Shown here piece after piece: positions 49,837-58,522 of a stretch of 64,000 bases of DNA (the first letter of the stretch is position 1; the number at the start of each line of letters is the position of its first letter). A program made the position numbers and the translations under genes. This stretch comes from Clostridia bacterium. GTDB lineage: Bacteria; Bacillota; Clostridia; Christensenellales; UBA1242. Where the stretch lies: NCBI GenBank assembly GCA_017453125.1, contig JAFTKS010000002.1, positions 20,833 to 84,832 on the forward strand, written 5' to 3'. The notes below the pieces were generated by a model. That model made no database searches, was not told the origin of the DNA, and saw only the letters and a list, made by a program, of their open reading frames with translations.

Positions 49837-52569
49837 GTGAAATATTACTATAATTATTCTCTTAAAGATGTTTATGAAAAATTGAACACATCAGATAAGG
49901 GATTGTCTACACAAGAGGCAAGTGCTAGGCTTCAAAGAAATGGAAAGAATGTGCTTGAGGAAGGCAAGTCCAAGACTTGGATACAAAGATTCTTTTCACA
50001 AATGAAAGATTTGATGATAATTGTATTGTTGGTTGCTGCTTTGATTTCTGCTGTAATTGCTGTTATCGAAGGGAAATATATAGACCTTATAGATGCTGGA
50101 ATTATCTTGTTAATAGTTATTCTCAATGCGGTTATTGGAACTATTCAAGAAAGTAAAGCCGACCAGGCAATGAAAGAACTGACCAAAATGAATCGACCAT
50201 TTGCCAAAGTTATAAGAGATGGCGAGATTTGTAAGATTAAATGTGAAGACATTGTTGTGGGAGATTTGGTTGTATTAGAGGCGGGAGATGTTGTTCCTGC
50301 TGATATTAGACTTATTTCCACAAAGTCGCTTAAAATTCAAGAGTCCACACTAACGGGTGAGAGTGTTCCTAGTGAGAAAGATTGTACTTTAGAGCTTGCA
50401 GATGAGACGCCACTTGGCGATAGAAAGACTATGGCTTATAGTACAGGTGTTGTGTCCTACGGTAGAGGTAGTGGAATAGTTGTTGCTACTGGTATGAATA
50501 CTGAAGTAGGAAAGATTGCTGGTATGTTAAATACTCAAGAGAAAAACGATACACCTCTTCAAGTACAACTTGCAAAGACTGCAAAATTTTTGTCATTTGT
50601 AGTCTTGGGCGTGGCTCTTATAATATTTATTGCGGGTATTATTAATAGAGGCGCTGGCGAGAGTTTGCTAGATAGTATTGTTAGTAGCTTTATGACGGCA
50701 GTTGCTATTGCGGTAGCGGCTATCCCAGAAGGTTTGCCTGCTGTTGTTACGATTGTTCTTGCTATTGGTGTTAAGAAGATGAGTGAAAGAAAGGCGATTG
50801 TGAAAAATTTGCCTGCAGTAGAAACGCTTGGCTGTTGTGAAGTTATTTGTTCAGATAAAACAGGAACATTGACTCTTAATAAGATGACGGTTAAACAATT
50901 CTATACAAAGTCTATGGGAATGTTTTATAGGGAAGATAATCCAGTTGATGAAAGTGTTAAAACTTTGATTGAGGGTATGGTTCTTTGTAATGATACCGAA
51001 GAGCGTTTGGACAATGAATTGATTGGAGATCCTACGGAAACTGCCCTTGTAGCATATGCTAGAAAAATCAAGTTGAATATCAAAGAAATCAAGGCTAATA
51101 ATGTTAGAATTGATGAGATTCCTTTTGATTCAAAAAGAAAGTTGATGACAACAGTACATAGTGATACTGTTCAAGAGACAAAGATTAGTTATACAAAAGG
51201 TGCTTTTGATATGCTCCTTCAGAAGTGTACAAAGATTCTTGATTTGAATAAAGAAAGAAATATTACGGAAGATGATATAGTTGCACTGAAGAAAGCAAAT
51301 AAAGAAATGGGCTCGAATGCTCTAAGAGTTTTGGGCTTGGCTTATAAAAAGCATCACCTAAAAGACCACGATAATCTAGAAAGTGACCTTGTGTTTGTTG
51401 GACTTGTTGGAATGATTGATCCTCCAAGAAAAGAAGTTGCTGGTGCGGTTGAAACTTGTGCTAAGGCTGGTATGACTGCAATAATGATTACTGGAGATCA
51501 TTTGGATACAGCTGTTGCAATTGCAACGCAAATTGGTATTTATAAGAAGGGCGATAGGGCTATTACAGGTGCAGAACTTGATAAACTTACTGATGAAGAA
51601 TTCTTGAGAGATTTGAAGAAGTACAAAGTTTATGCAAGGGTTAGCCCTGAAAATAAAGTAAGAATTGTTAATGCTTACAAATCTTTCAATATAATTGTAG
51701 CTATGACAGGAGATGGTGTTAATGATGCCCCATCAATCAAGACTGCAGATATTGGAATAGGTATGGGTATTACTGGCACTGATGTTAGTAAAGGTGCTGC
51801 CGATATAGTTCTTGCAGATGATAACTTTGCAACAATAATTGCTGCTGTTGAAGAGGGTAGAAAAGTTTACTCTAATATTAAGAAAGCTGTACAATATTTG
51901 CTTTCTGCTAATATTGCAGAAGTATTGTGTTTGTTTATCGCAACGATTTTCTTGAAAGTTGAATTTTTAAGCGCGGTAATGATTCTTTGGGTCAATCTTG
52001 TTACTGATAGTTTGCCTGCTCTTGCACTTGGTGTTGAGAAGGTTGAAAAAGATATAATGAATAGACCTCCAAGAAAGGCTGGTCAATCGTTATTTGCTGG
52101 ACATACTGGAAGAAATATAATTATTCAAGGATTGTGTCAAACTGCTCTTACAATGCTTTCTTATTGTTTGGGTGGATATGTTCTTGGTGGCGGAGTGTTT
52201 AGAGAAGATGTTGCTATGACAATGGCGTTCTTGACACTTTCTCTAATTCAATTGTTGCACGCATATAATAGCAGGTCTCAGAAACATTCTTTATTCTCAA
52301 GTAATCCGTTCAAAAACAAACAACTAAATTTGGCGTTTGTTGCAGGACTTATTCTTACTGCTATAACATTTATTCCTGCGTTCCAAACATTTATGGGAAC
52401 AACAATGCTATCGCTATCTGAATTCTTAATTGCAATTGGCTGTGCGTTTGCTATAATTATTTGTGTTGAAATCCAAAAGTTTATTGAATGGTGTATTGAA
52501 AAAAGAAAAAATAAAAATATTGCTAAGTTTGAAAAAGAACAAAAAGAAAAAACTGAAGGTTTGAATTAA
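49837..52569 (+). CDS. calcium-translocating P-type ATPase (P2 type)
   Basis: TGES, DKTGTLT, TGDH and GDGVNDAP motifs. 910 aa, GTG start after AGGAG. Confidence 0.93.
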   Translation: MKYYYNYSLKDVYEKLNTSDKGLSTQEASARLQRNGKNVLEEGKSKTWIQRFFSQMKDLMIIVLLVAALISAVIAVIEGKYIDLIDAGIILLIVILNAVIGTIQESKADQAMKELTKMNRPFAKVIRDGEICKIKCEDIVVGDLVVLEAGDVVPADIRLISTKSLKIQESTLTGESVPSEKDCTLELADETPLGDRKTMAYSTGVVSYGRGSGIVVATGMNTEVGKIAGMLNTQEKNDTPLQVQLAKTAKFLSFVVLGVALIIFIAGIINRGAGESLLDSIVSSFMTAVAIAVAAIPEGLPAVVTIVLAIGVKKMSERKAIVKNLPAVETLGCCEVICSDKTGTLTLNKMTVKQFYTKSMGMFYREDNPVDESVKTLIEGMVLCNDTEERLDNELIGDPTETALVAYARKIKLNIKEIKANNVRIDEIPFDSKRKLMTTVHSDTVQETKISYTKGAFDMLLQKCTKILDLNKERNITEDDIVALKKANKEMGSNALRVLGLAYKKHHLKDHDNLESDLVFVGLVGMIDPPRKEVAGAVETCAKAGMTAIMITGDHLDTAVAIATQIGIYKKGDRAITGAELDKLTDEEFLRDLKKYKVYARVSPENKVRIVNAYKSFNIIVAMTGDGVNDAPSIKTADIGIGMGITGTDVSKGAADIVLADDNFATIIAAVEEGRKVYSNIKKAVQYLLSANIAEVLCLFIATIFLKVEFLSAVMILWVNLVTDSLPALALGVEKVEKDIMNRPPRKAGQSLFAGHTGRNIIIQGLCQTALTMLSYCLGGYVLGGGVFREDVAMTMAFLTLSLIQLLHAYNSRSQKHSLFSSNPFKNKQLNLAFVAGLILTAITFIPAFQTFMGTTMLSLSEFLIAIGCAFAIIICVEIQKFIEWCIEKRKNKNIAKFEKEQKEKTEGLN

Positions 52570-52587
52570 TCTTCAAAGGAGTGTGAT

Positions 52588-53256
52588 ATGGGCTATATTG
52601 TCGTAATTACAGGAACAGATGGTTGTGGAAAACAAACACAAACCAAATGTCTTATGGATAGGCTTGCTATAGAGGGTATTGACGCAATGGCAGGTACTTT
52701 CCCAAAATACGACAGCCCATCTAGTGCTCCTGTTAAAATGTATCTAGGTGGAGAATTTGGTGATGCAAATTCGCTTGATGCGTATCAAGCAAGCACGCTT
52801 TATGCTGTGGATAGATTGTGTACGTATAATAAAGATATGAAAGAGTACTATGAGAATGGTGGTATTATCGTTCTAGATAGATATGTGGAGTCGAATATGC
52901 TTCATCAGGCGGGTAAAATCCGAGATAGGGCTGAGGTTGATAAGTATCTAGAATGGTTGGAAGATTTTGAATATGGAAAACTTAAACTTCCTAAACCAGA
53001 TAAAGTCATATTCTTAGATGTTCCTATTGAGGTTTCTTTGAAACTCAAAGAGAATCGGGCATATAAGGCGGAAACGAAAAAAGATGTTCAAGAAGATGAT
53101 GTGGAACATCTGATAAATGCTTATAATAGCGGAAAATATGTTAGTGAAAAATATGGTTGGACGACCATTTCTTGTGTTGAAGATGGACAACTTCTCTCAA
53201 TTGAAACAATTGCAGAAAAAGTGTGGAATTCAGTTAAAGAAGATTTAAAGAATTAA
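52588..53256 (+). CDS. tmk: thymidylate kinase-like nucleotide kinase
   Basis: P-loop GTDGCGKQTQ and a DRY motif (VLDRYVESN). 222 aa. Confidence 0.8.
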   Translation: MGYIVVITGTDGCGKQTQTKCLMDRLAIEGIDAMAGTFPKYDSPSSAPVKMYLGGEFGDANSLDAYQASTLYAVDRLCTYNKDMKEYYENGGIIVLDRYVESNMLHQAGKIRDRAEVDKYLEWLEDFEYGKLKLPKPDKVIFLDVPIEVSLKLKENRAYKAETKKDVQEDDVEHLINAYNSGKYVSEKYGWTTISCVEDGQLLSIETIAEKVWNSVKEDLKN

Positions 53257-53348
53257 TTTTTAAAATGAATGCTTAATGTATTAAATTTAGTAGAACCCCT
53301 TGAAAATAATAATTTAAACTAAGGCAAGTCATTTCAAAAGGTGTAAGT

Positions 53349-54443
53349 ATGGATATAAAAATAATAGGTACTAGCAAATCAAATGAGGCTGTGAAAAAAG
53401 ATGAGTTTGATATATTTGGTGGTAGGATTGCAGGTCTAGGGGCTGGGAAAGGCTCTCTAGAGGCTGTTTTTGCAGAAGATATATCAAAGACCCAAAGAAG
53501 GATAAAACAAGTCAAGTCGGCACTTAGATCGGATGTTTTTGAACATAATGTCATCACGATTTCTTTGGTTGGTATTCCAAAAATACTTGCAATGATGTTG
53601 GCTGCAGAAAAACAATGTTCTGTAAGTGGAATGTCTTTTGCAGATGTGGAGGAAAATCTCACAGGCAAAGAAAAGGTTTTGTATCAGAAATGGGTGGATA
53701 TATTCAAAAATAGGATTGCAAAATCATTAAGTGGAACGGCGTCTACAATTACTGCTCCAAGAATGGAATCGATTGCTAGATATTATTCAGAATATCTATT
53801 GAGTGTATTTACAAAAACAAATGTTATACTTTCTTGTAATTACAAGTCTTTTAATTATTTAATTGCTGCGTTTGAAAGATTTTTGTTAGAGGAAAACAAG
53901 GGAGAAATTGAAACTCGCCTAGTTCCGTTTGTAGAAGAAATCGAAACAAAACTACGAGAGATGCCTTATTATGATGTTGACTTGGTGAAGTTGAGTAGGG
54001 TTAGTGGTGCAAGTTTGTTTGCAAATGGAAGAAAGAGCGAAGAGTATTTTGGCGATGTGTATAGTGTTTCATATAAGGCTAGTTTGATGGCTTTGGCAGA
54101 AAGTCAAAGTTATAGAAACGTTAGTTATTCTTTCAATTATGAAGATGTTGAATATTATATTCCAGAAATTATTGCAGGAAGTAGCTTTGCTGAATTATGG
54201 ATTAGCGATCTGAAAGAATTAGAAAAAAATATCCCACAAGCTACTATTGTTGATGTAATAGAAGTTGGTGTGTTTGATGATTTTGTATTAAAGTATGAGA
54301 CTAGAAAATCAGATAAACCAATTGAAATGGAGAGTATTGTCGATAATGTATTTAAAAAATATGAATATGCACTTAGAATGAAAATTCATCCAAGAGCAGA
54401 AGAATTGATTAAATACAATAAAACTAATTCGGATAATCAATAA
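53349..54443 (+). CDS. hypothetical protein with divergent ThyX-like core
   Basis: By-eye similarity to flavin-dependent thymidylate synthase blocks. FEHNVITISLVGIPKILAMML-AEK-x7-S compares with FEH..F.......R...RHR-x7-S, and N-Y-K-S-F-N-Y-L compares with N-A-R-S-L-x-N-F-L. Clear RBS and terminator. Confidence 0.6.
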   Translation: MDIKIIGTSKSNEAVKKDEFDIFGGRIAGLGAGKGSLEAVFAEDISKTQRRIKQVKSALRSDVFEHNVITISLVGIPKILAMMLAAEKQCSVSGMSFADVEENLTGKEKVLYQKWVDIFKNRIAKSLSGTASTITAPRMESIARYYSEYLLSVFTKTNVILSCNYKSFNYLIAAFERFLLEENKGEIETRLVPFVEEIETKLREMPYYDVDLVKLSRVSGASLFANGRKSEEYFGDVYSVSYKASLMALAESQSYRNVSYSFNYEDVEYYIPEIIAGSSFAELWISDLKELEKNIPQATIVDVIEVGVFDDFVLKYETRKSDKPIEMESIVDNVFKKYEYALRMKIHPRAEELIKYNKTNSDNQ

Positions 54444-54521
54444 TACAATAAAGAGAATTAATATAAAAAACCTTAGAGAATTCTAAGGCTTTTTGTTTGT
54501 GCGGGCGATATGAATTTGATA

Positions 54522-54537
54522 ATACCTTATAAGGTAT
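54522..54537. repeat. perfect 16-bp palindrome ATACCTTATAAGGTAT
   Basis: Read directly. It sits between the terminator of the ThyX-like gene and the first tandem-repeat copy. Confidence 0.95.
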
Positions 54538-54542
54538 ATATG

Positions 54543-54785
54543 GCAGATACGCAGTATCAGAAAAAACGAGCAAATAAATGCTCGTTGTGTTTTTTAAGTT
54601 GGGCTGTCGTGGGCGAAAGTGGCGTGAACAATAACTAACTTGTTGCATAATTAGCAGATACGCAGTATCAGTAAAAAACGAGCAAATAAATGCTCGTTGT
54701 GTTTTTTTAAGTTAGGCTGTCGTGGGCAAAAGTGGTGTGAATAATAACTAACTCGTTGCATAATTAGCAGATACGCAGTATCAGA
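54543..54785. repeat. tandem direct repeat, 2 full units (111 and 113 bp) plus an 18-19-bp third start
   Basis: Units start at 54543, 54654 and 54767, each with GCAGATACGCAGTATCAG (internal inverted repeat GATAC-GCA-GTATC). Each full unit holds a hairpin ACGAGCA-AATAAA-TGCTCGT with flanking A/T runs. The units differ by a few substitutions and a 2-nt indel. The third start overlaps the stop codon of the coupling-protein gene. Confidence 0.9.
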
Positions 54786-56835
54786 AATCGAATGGATTTC
54801 CTCCACCAAATCCTCCAGCATTTCCACCACCGGAAGTATTTTTGAGAATTTTTTGGTTTCTGATACGGATATCATAATACAATCCTTGCTCATCAAGCTG
54901 TTGAGGCAACTTGTTGTCTTTTGGTGCTTTTGTCATATCATATACAGAACATTTGTAACTTGGAGTAAATACCGATCTGATTGGGTTCTGTTGTAGAATA
55001 GATACGATACATTCGCCAGAGTTAGGCTTTAGAGACGCTAACTCAGCAGGGTAGATAAGTGGACGGGTATCAAGTTGAACGTTTGTTGATTTGCTTGTTC
55101 CAGAATCGCTCTTATCTCCCTTGCTGACAGAAGTTGTTTCGGTTTCGACAGAAATGTTTCCGCATCGTTTACTGAACTCTTCAAGTGTAGATTGGTCGTT
55201 TGATGCGATGAATATGTGAATGTTACAGTTGTCTTTGATAGTTGCACTTAATTCTTGACCATATTTGATTGATAATTGTGCATACGATTGAAGAATAAGT
55301 GTAAAGTAAATTCTACGAGAACGTGCAACTGTGATGATTGTGTCAAAGCCTTCAATTTTTGGCATATTAGCAAACTCATCAAGAAGGAAGTACACATCTC
55401 TAGGAAGAGCTCCGCCTCGCTTATTAGCAACGTCTACAAGGATTTTGTATAATTGAGAAACGAACATTGATGCGATTGGGTGACGTGTAGTCTTCTCGTC
55501 TGGGATTTTGATAAATACAGCAGTAGGTTGGTCAGCAAATGTCTTAAGATCCATTTCGTTTGTTGAGGTTGCAAAACATACACCCATATCACTGAATAAT
55601 CCCATACGATCGGTAACAATACCCATATATGACTTCATTGTCTTCTCGGCATTGGCAATAACTTGGTTAGCAAGCTGAACTGCTTGAGAAAGTTGGTCTC
55701 TGCCTTTGAAGTAATCTTGAAGACTCTTCATAGTATTGGCACCATCATTGTCTTTGAGATTAAGTATTTTACTAAGGTTATAGAAATTGAACTTGTCTTT
55801 GGTCATTCCAAGTTCAGGATTCTCACTATCTTCTAGCATTGCAAGCATTGTTCCAAGAACCAAGTCTTTGGCTCCACGTTCCCAAATAGGGTCGTTATTG
55901 GATTGAATAGGGCAAAGTACGCTAGCTAAGTCTTTTAGGTCTTCAAACGCCTCGGTTTTCAGAACTTGCTTAAGAGATGCTTGGTGAGATTGAAGGGTTT
56001 GAATATCAGCAAATGCATATCCGTCAAACTCGTACCATTCTCCATAATATACTTGACTGACACATTTTAGTGAGAAGTCTCTAGGGTCATCGTTGTGGTG
56101 AACCTTGACTTCTTTGTTGAGGTTCATAGCTCGTTCGTTGAGTTCGTATGCTCTTGTCATTGGATTCCAACGTGTGCTTTTGAATGGTTCTTTTAGGTCA
56201 AATACGAGAATTCTGTATCCGTTCTTTCTCATTTTCTCACTATGCTCATCAAATATTTCGCCCTTTGGGTCAGTAATTACTAGACAAGGCTTTGCGTGAG
56301 TTTCGCATAAGATTTGAACGGTAGGGTTGATAAACTGAGTGGTTTTACCAGAACCTGTAGTACCAACAACCATTGTGTGTATAGACTTGTACATATTAAC
56401 GTGGAGTTTGTTTCCGATCAACTCAGCTCTAATTGGAATACCAATATTGTCTGACCTGTGTAGGTCTTCGTATAGATGATATTTGAATTGAGGGTCTTTC
56501 TTGAGTTGCTCTTCGGTCATCCAGTTGGTGTCGTAGAACTTCTTCATTCCACCTTTTGTAGTAACCTTTGCTCCGCCACTATCAAATTTAAATTTCGAAT
56601 TGGTTAGTATTAGCAAAAATGCGAGGAATATAACACCGAATACTACAATAAAGGTGTTTCTAAATTCTGGTGATTGGATTGTTCCTACAAGGTCATTAAA
56701 ATGAATTTTCTTGTCTTTGATATAACAAGCAACACAATATGATGCTAGAAACACTGCAATCATACCAAAAATAAATGCAAGGAATATGGTTCTAAATTTT
56801 TTTCCAAAACTTGCTTCTTTTTTCTTGTCAGCCAT
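54781..56835 (-). CDS. type IV coupling protein (TraG/VirD4 family)
   Basis: Two N-terminal TM helices, Walker A VVGTTGSGKTT, Walker B-like YFLLDEFANM, Gly-rich C-terminal tail. Confidence 0.88.
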   Translation of the reverse strand: MADKKKEASFGKKFRTIFLAFIFGMIAVFLASYCVACYIKDKKIHFNDLVGTIQSPEFRNTFIVVFGVIFLAFLLILTNSKFKFDSGGAKVTTKGGMKKFYDTNWMTEEQLKKDPQFKYHLYEDLHRSDNIGIPIRAELIGNKLHVNMYKSIHTMVVGTTGSGKTTQFINPTVQILCETHAKPCLVITDPKGEIFDEHSEKMRKNGYRILVFDLKEPFKSTRWNPMTRAYELNERAMNLNKEVKVHHNDDPRDFSLKCVSQVYYGEWYEFDGYAFADIQTLQSHQASLKQVLKTEAFEDLKDLASVLCPIQSNNDPIWERGAKDLVLGTMLAMLEDSENPELGMTKDKFNFYNLSKILNLKDNDGANTMKSLQDYFKGRDQLSQAVQLANQVIANAEKTMKSYMGIVTDRMGLFSDMGVCFATSTNEMDLKTFADQPTAVFIKIPDEKTTRHPIASMFVSQLYKILVDVANKRGGALPRDVYFLLDEFANMPKIEGFDTIITVARSRRIYFTLILQSYAQLSIKYGQELSATIKDNCNIHIFIASNDQSTLEEFSKRCGNISVETETTSVSKGDKSDSGTSKSTNVQLDTRPLIYPAELASLKPNSGECIVSILQQNPIRSVFTPSYKCSVYDMTKAPKDNKLPQQLDEQGLYYDIRIRNQKILKNTSGGGNAGGFGGGNPFDF

Positions 56836-57132
56836 TTTTCATTCTTCCTTTTTTGATATTGTTTATGTATGGGTTTTGTTTTAGACAAAAACACACCTAT
56901 ACGTAAGACATATAATATTTTTTGTTATTAAATAAATAATTACTCTATAATAGTATATTGCTTTTTTATTAAAGTGTCAAAAAAAATGCACTAAGTTTAA
57001 AAATAATTAATTATTTGAATAATTATTAAAAATCTTTGAAAAATCTAATTATTTTAGTTGACTAAAATTCAAAATTTATATAAACTTGAATTAAGTTTAA
57101 AATAAAACTAAAAAAAATTATGGAGAAATGGT

Positions 57133-57468
57133 ATGAACAAATTTTTAATGAGTTTACAGACTATGGCAGGAAAGTTGTTTGAAGACAAAATTATTTCTGG
57201 CGACAAAGATTCTCTTTCTGATATCGCAGAATTCTTCAAATTATTAATGAACAAGATTCTTGCTCCAGTACTTATTGTTATTGGTGCTGCTGCAGCTATC
57301 TATGCTGTATACCTTGGTGTTATGTATGCTAAGGCTGAAGACGCTAACAAGAGAAAAGAAGTTCAAGGAAGATTAATTGGTGCCGCTATTGGTGTTGTAA
57401 TTATCATCGTTGGTATTACTCTATGTTATGCTGTTAAGTGGGATTCAATTGTATATAGTCTAATGTAA
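57133..57468 (+). CDS. VirB2/TrbC-like pilin-type small membrane protein
   Basis: 111 aa: a long leader, then two hydrophobic helices separated by a charged loop (AKAEDANKRKEVQGR). Own terminator. Confidence 0.55.
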   Translation: MNKFLMSLQTMAGKLFEDKIISGDKDSLSDIAEFFKLLMNKILAPVLIVIGAAAAIYAVYLGVMYAKAEDANKRKEVQGRLIGAAIGVVIIIVGITLCYAVKWDSIVYSLM

Positions 57469-57485
57469 TAGATTATCAACTAAAA

Positions 57486-57509
57486 ACATCGCAAATGCGG
57501 TGTTTTTTT
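57486..57509 (+). terminator. rho-independent terminator
   Basis: ACATCGC / GCGGTGT stem (one G-U pair) plus a T-run. Confidence 0.75.
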
Positions 57510-57785
57510 GCGCTTTAAGATGTGTTGGTTTTTGGGGTTAATTTTCAAAAACTTTCAAAATTTGCTTTTTAGTGGTAGATAATCAAAAAAATAAATTTAT
57601 GGAATAATAATTATTGAATTTTTCATATGACGACAATGTGATATATCTTTTAAAAGCACAAATCTTTCCAAAGTGTGTCAAAATGCTTGGCGAGTGGTCT
57701 AAATTGTGTTAAAATTACGAATAATAAGAGTAAAAACAAAACTATGCCTTGAGTTGGTTTTGATATAAAAGGAGAATGTCCGAGA

Positions 57786-58124
57786 ATGGGATTGTCGCAA
57801 TTGTTAGGAAGAAGTGAAGCGGGAGCAATGGTAAATCAAATATTGAATACTTGGATTGGCCCGCTATTTACGGTTATTGGTGGTGTTGGGGCTATATATA
57901 TTGTTATTCTTGCTATTCAGTATATAAAGAGCGAGAGCGATAGCAAAAGAGCTGAAGCAAAATCAAGAATTGTCAATTGTGTAATTGGTGTATTGTCGCT
58001 AATTATTATTGGTGTTGTTTCTATGGCTGTTGACTGGGCAAAACTTGTAGAAATATTTGGCTATACTGCTAAAGGTTATTCTGATCCCGATGTTGCAACT
58101 AGACTATTGCCATTTCTAAGATAA
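57786..58124 (+). CDS. VirB2/TrbC-like pilin-type small membrane protein (paralog)
   Basis: 112 aa with the same helix/charged-loop/helix layout (IKSESDSKRAEAKSR loop). Shares the IG-x-x-AIY-x-V-x-L-x-x-x-Y-x-K-x-E pattern with the previous gene. Confidence 0.5.
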   Translation: MGLSQLLGRSEAGAMVNQILNTWIGPLFTVIGGVGAIYIVILAIQYIKSESDSKRAEAKSRIVNCVIGVLSLIIIGVVSMAVDWAKLVEIFGYTAKGYSDPDVATRLLPFLR

Positions 58125-58133
58125 ATATAATTA

Positions 58134-58162
58134 AAGAGGTTCGAAGCGAATCTCTTTTTTTT
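58134..58162 (+). terminator. rho-independent terminator
   Basis: AAGAGGTTCG / CGAATCTCTT stem plus a T8 run. Confidence 0.8.
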
Positions 58163-58522
58163 GTGTTAAAAGAGTTGCGCTTTGAATAATTGTTATTGTT
58201 GAAAAACTTCTACATATAGGTATTTTTTATAATTTTTGTTTTGTTGTTACAATTGCTTTTTAAAATATAGCCTTTTTAGTGTTTTGTTATTGTTGTTGAA
58301 GGCTAAGATTATATGGTGTTTGGCTTAAAATTATTTAAGTCATTTTAGAGTAAAATATTTATATTATAAAAAAGTAAAATATATTTATATTATTTTATTT
58401 GTTTTTTTTGTCGAAATAGGGTAAAATACTTTTAAGATTTATGATTAGACTGATTTACTAATCATTTTTGCTTTTGTGTACACCTGTGCATATAATAGAA
58501 GAACATTTAGGAGAATGGAAAA

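Noticed and set aside
54543-54785. Possible CRISPR array.
   Set aside because: The units are 111-113 bp and directly abutting, with no unique spacers. There are only two and a bit copies and no cas genes. This is a tandem duplication, not a CRISPR.
54424-54896. Two track ORFs (74 aa and 81 aa, minus strand) running through the tandem repeat and sharing an MQ(R/Q)VSY... peptide.
   Set aside because: They have no Shine-Dalgarno and read straight through terminator hairpins. One overlaps the 3' end of the coupling-protein gene. The peptide similarity simply mirrors the DNA repeat.
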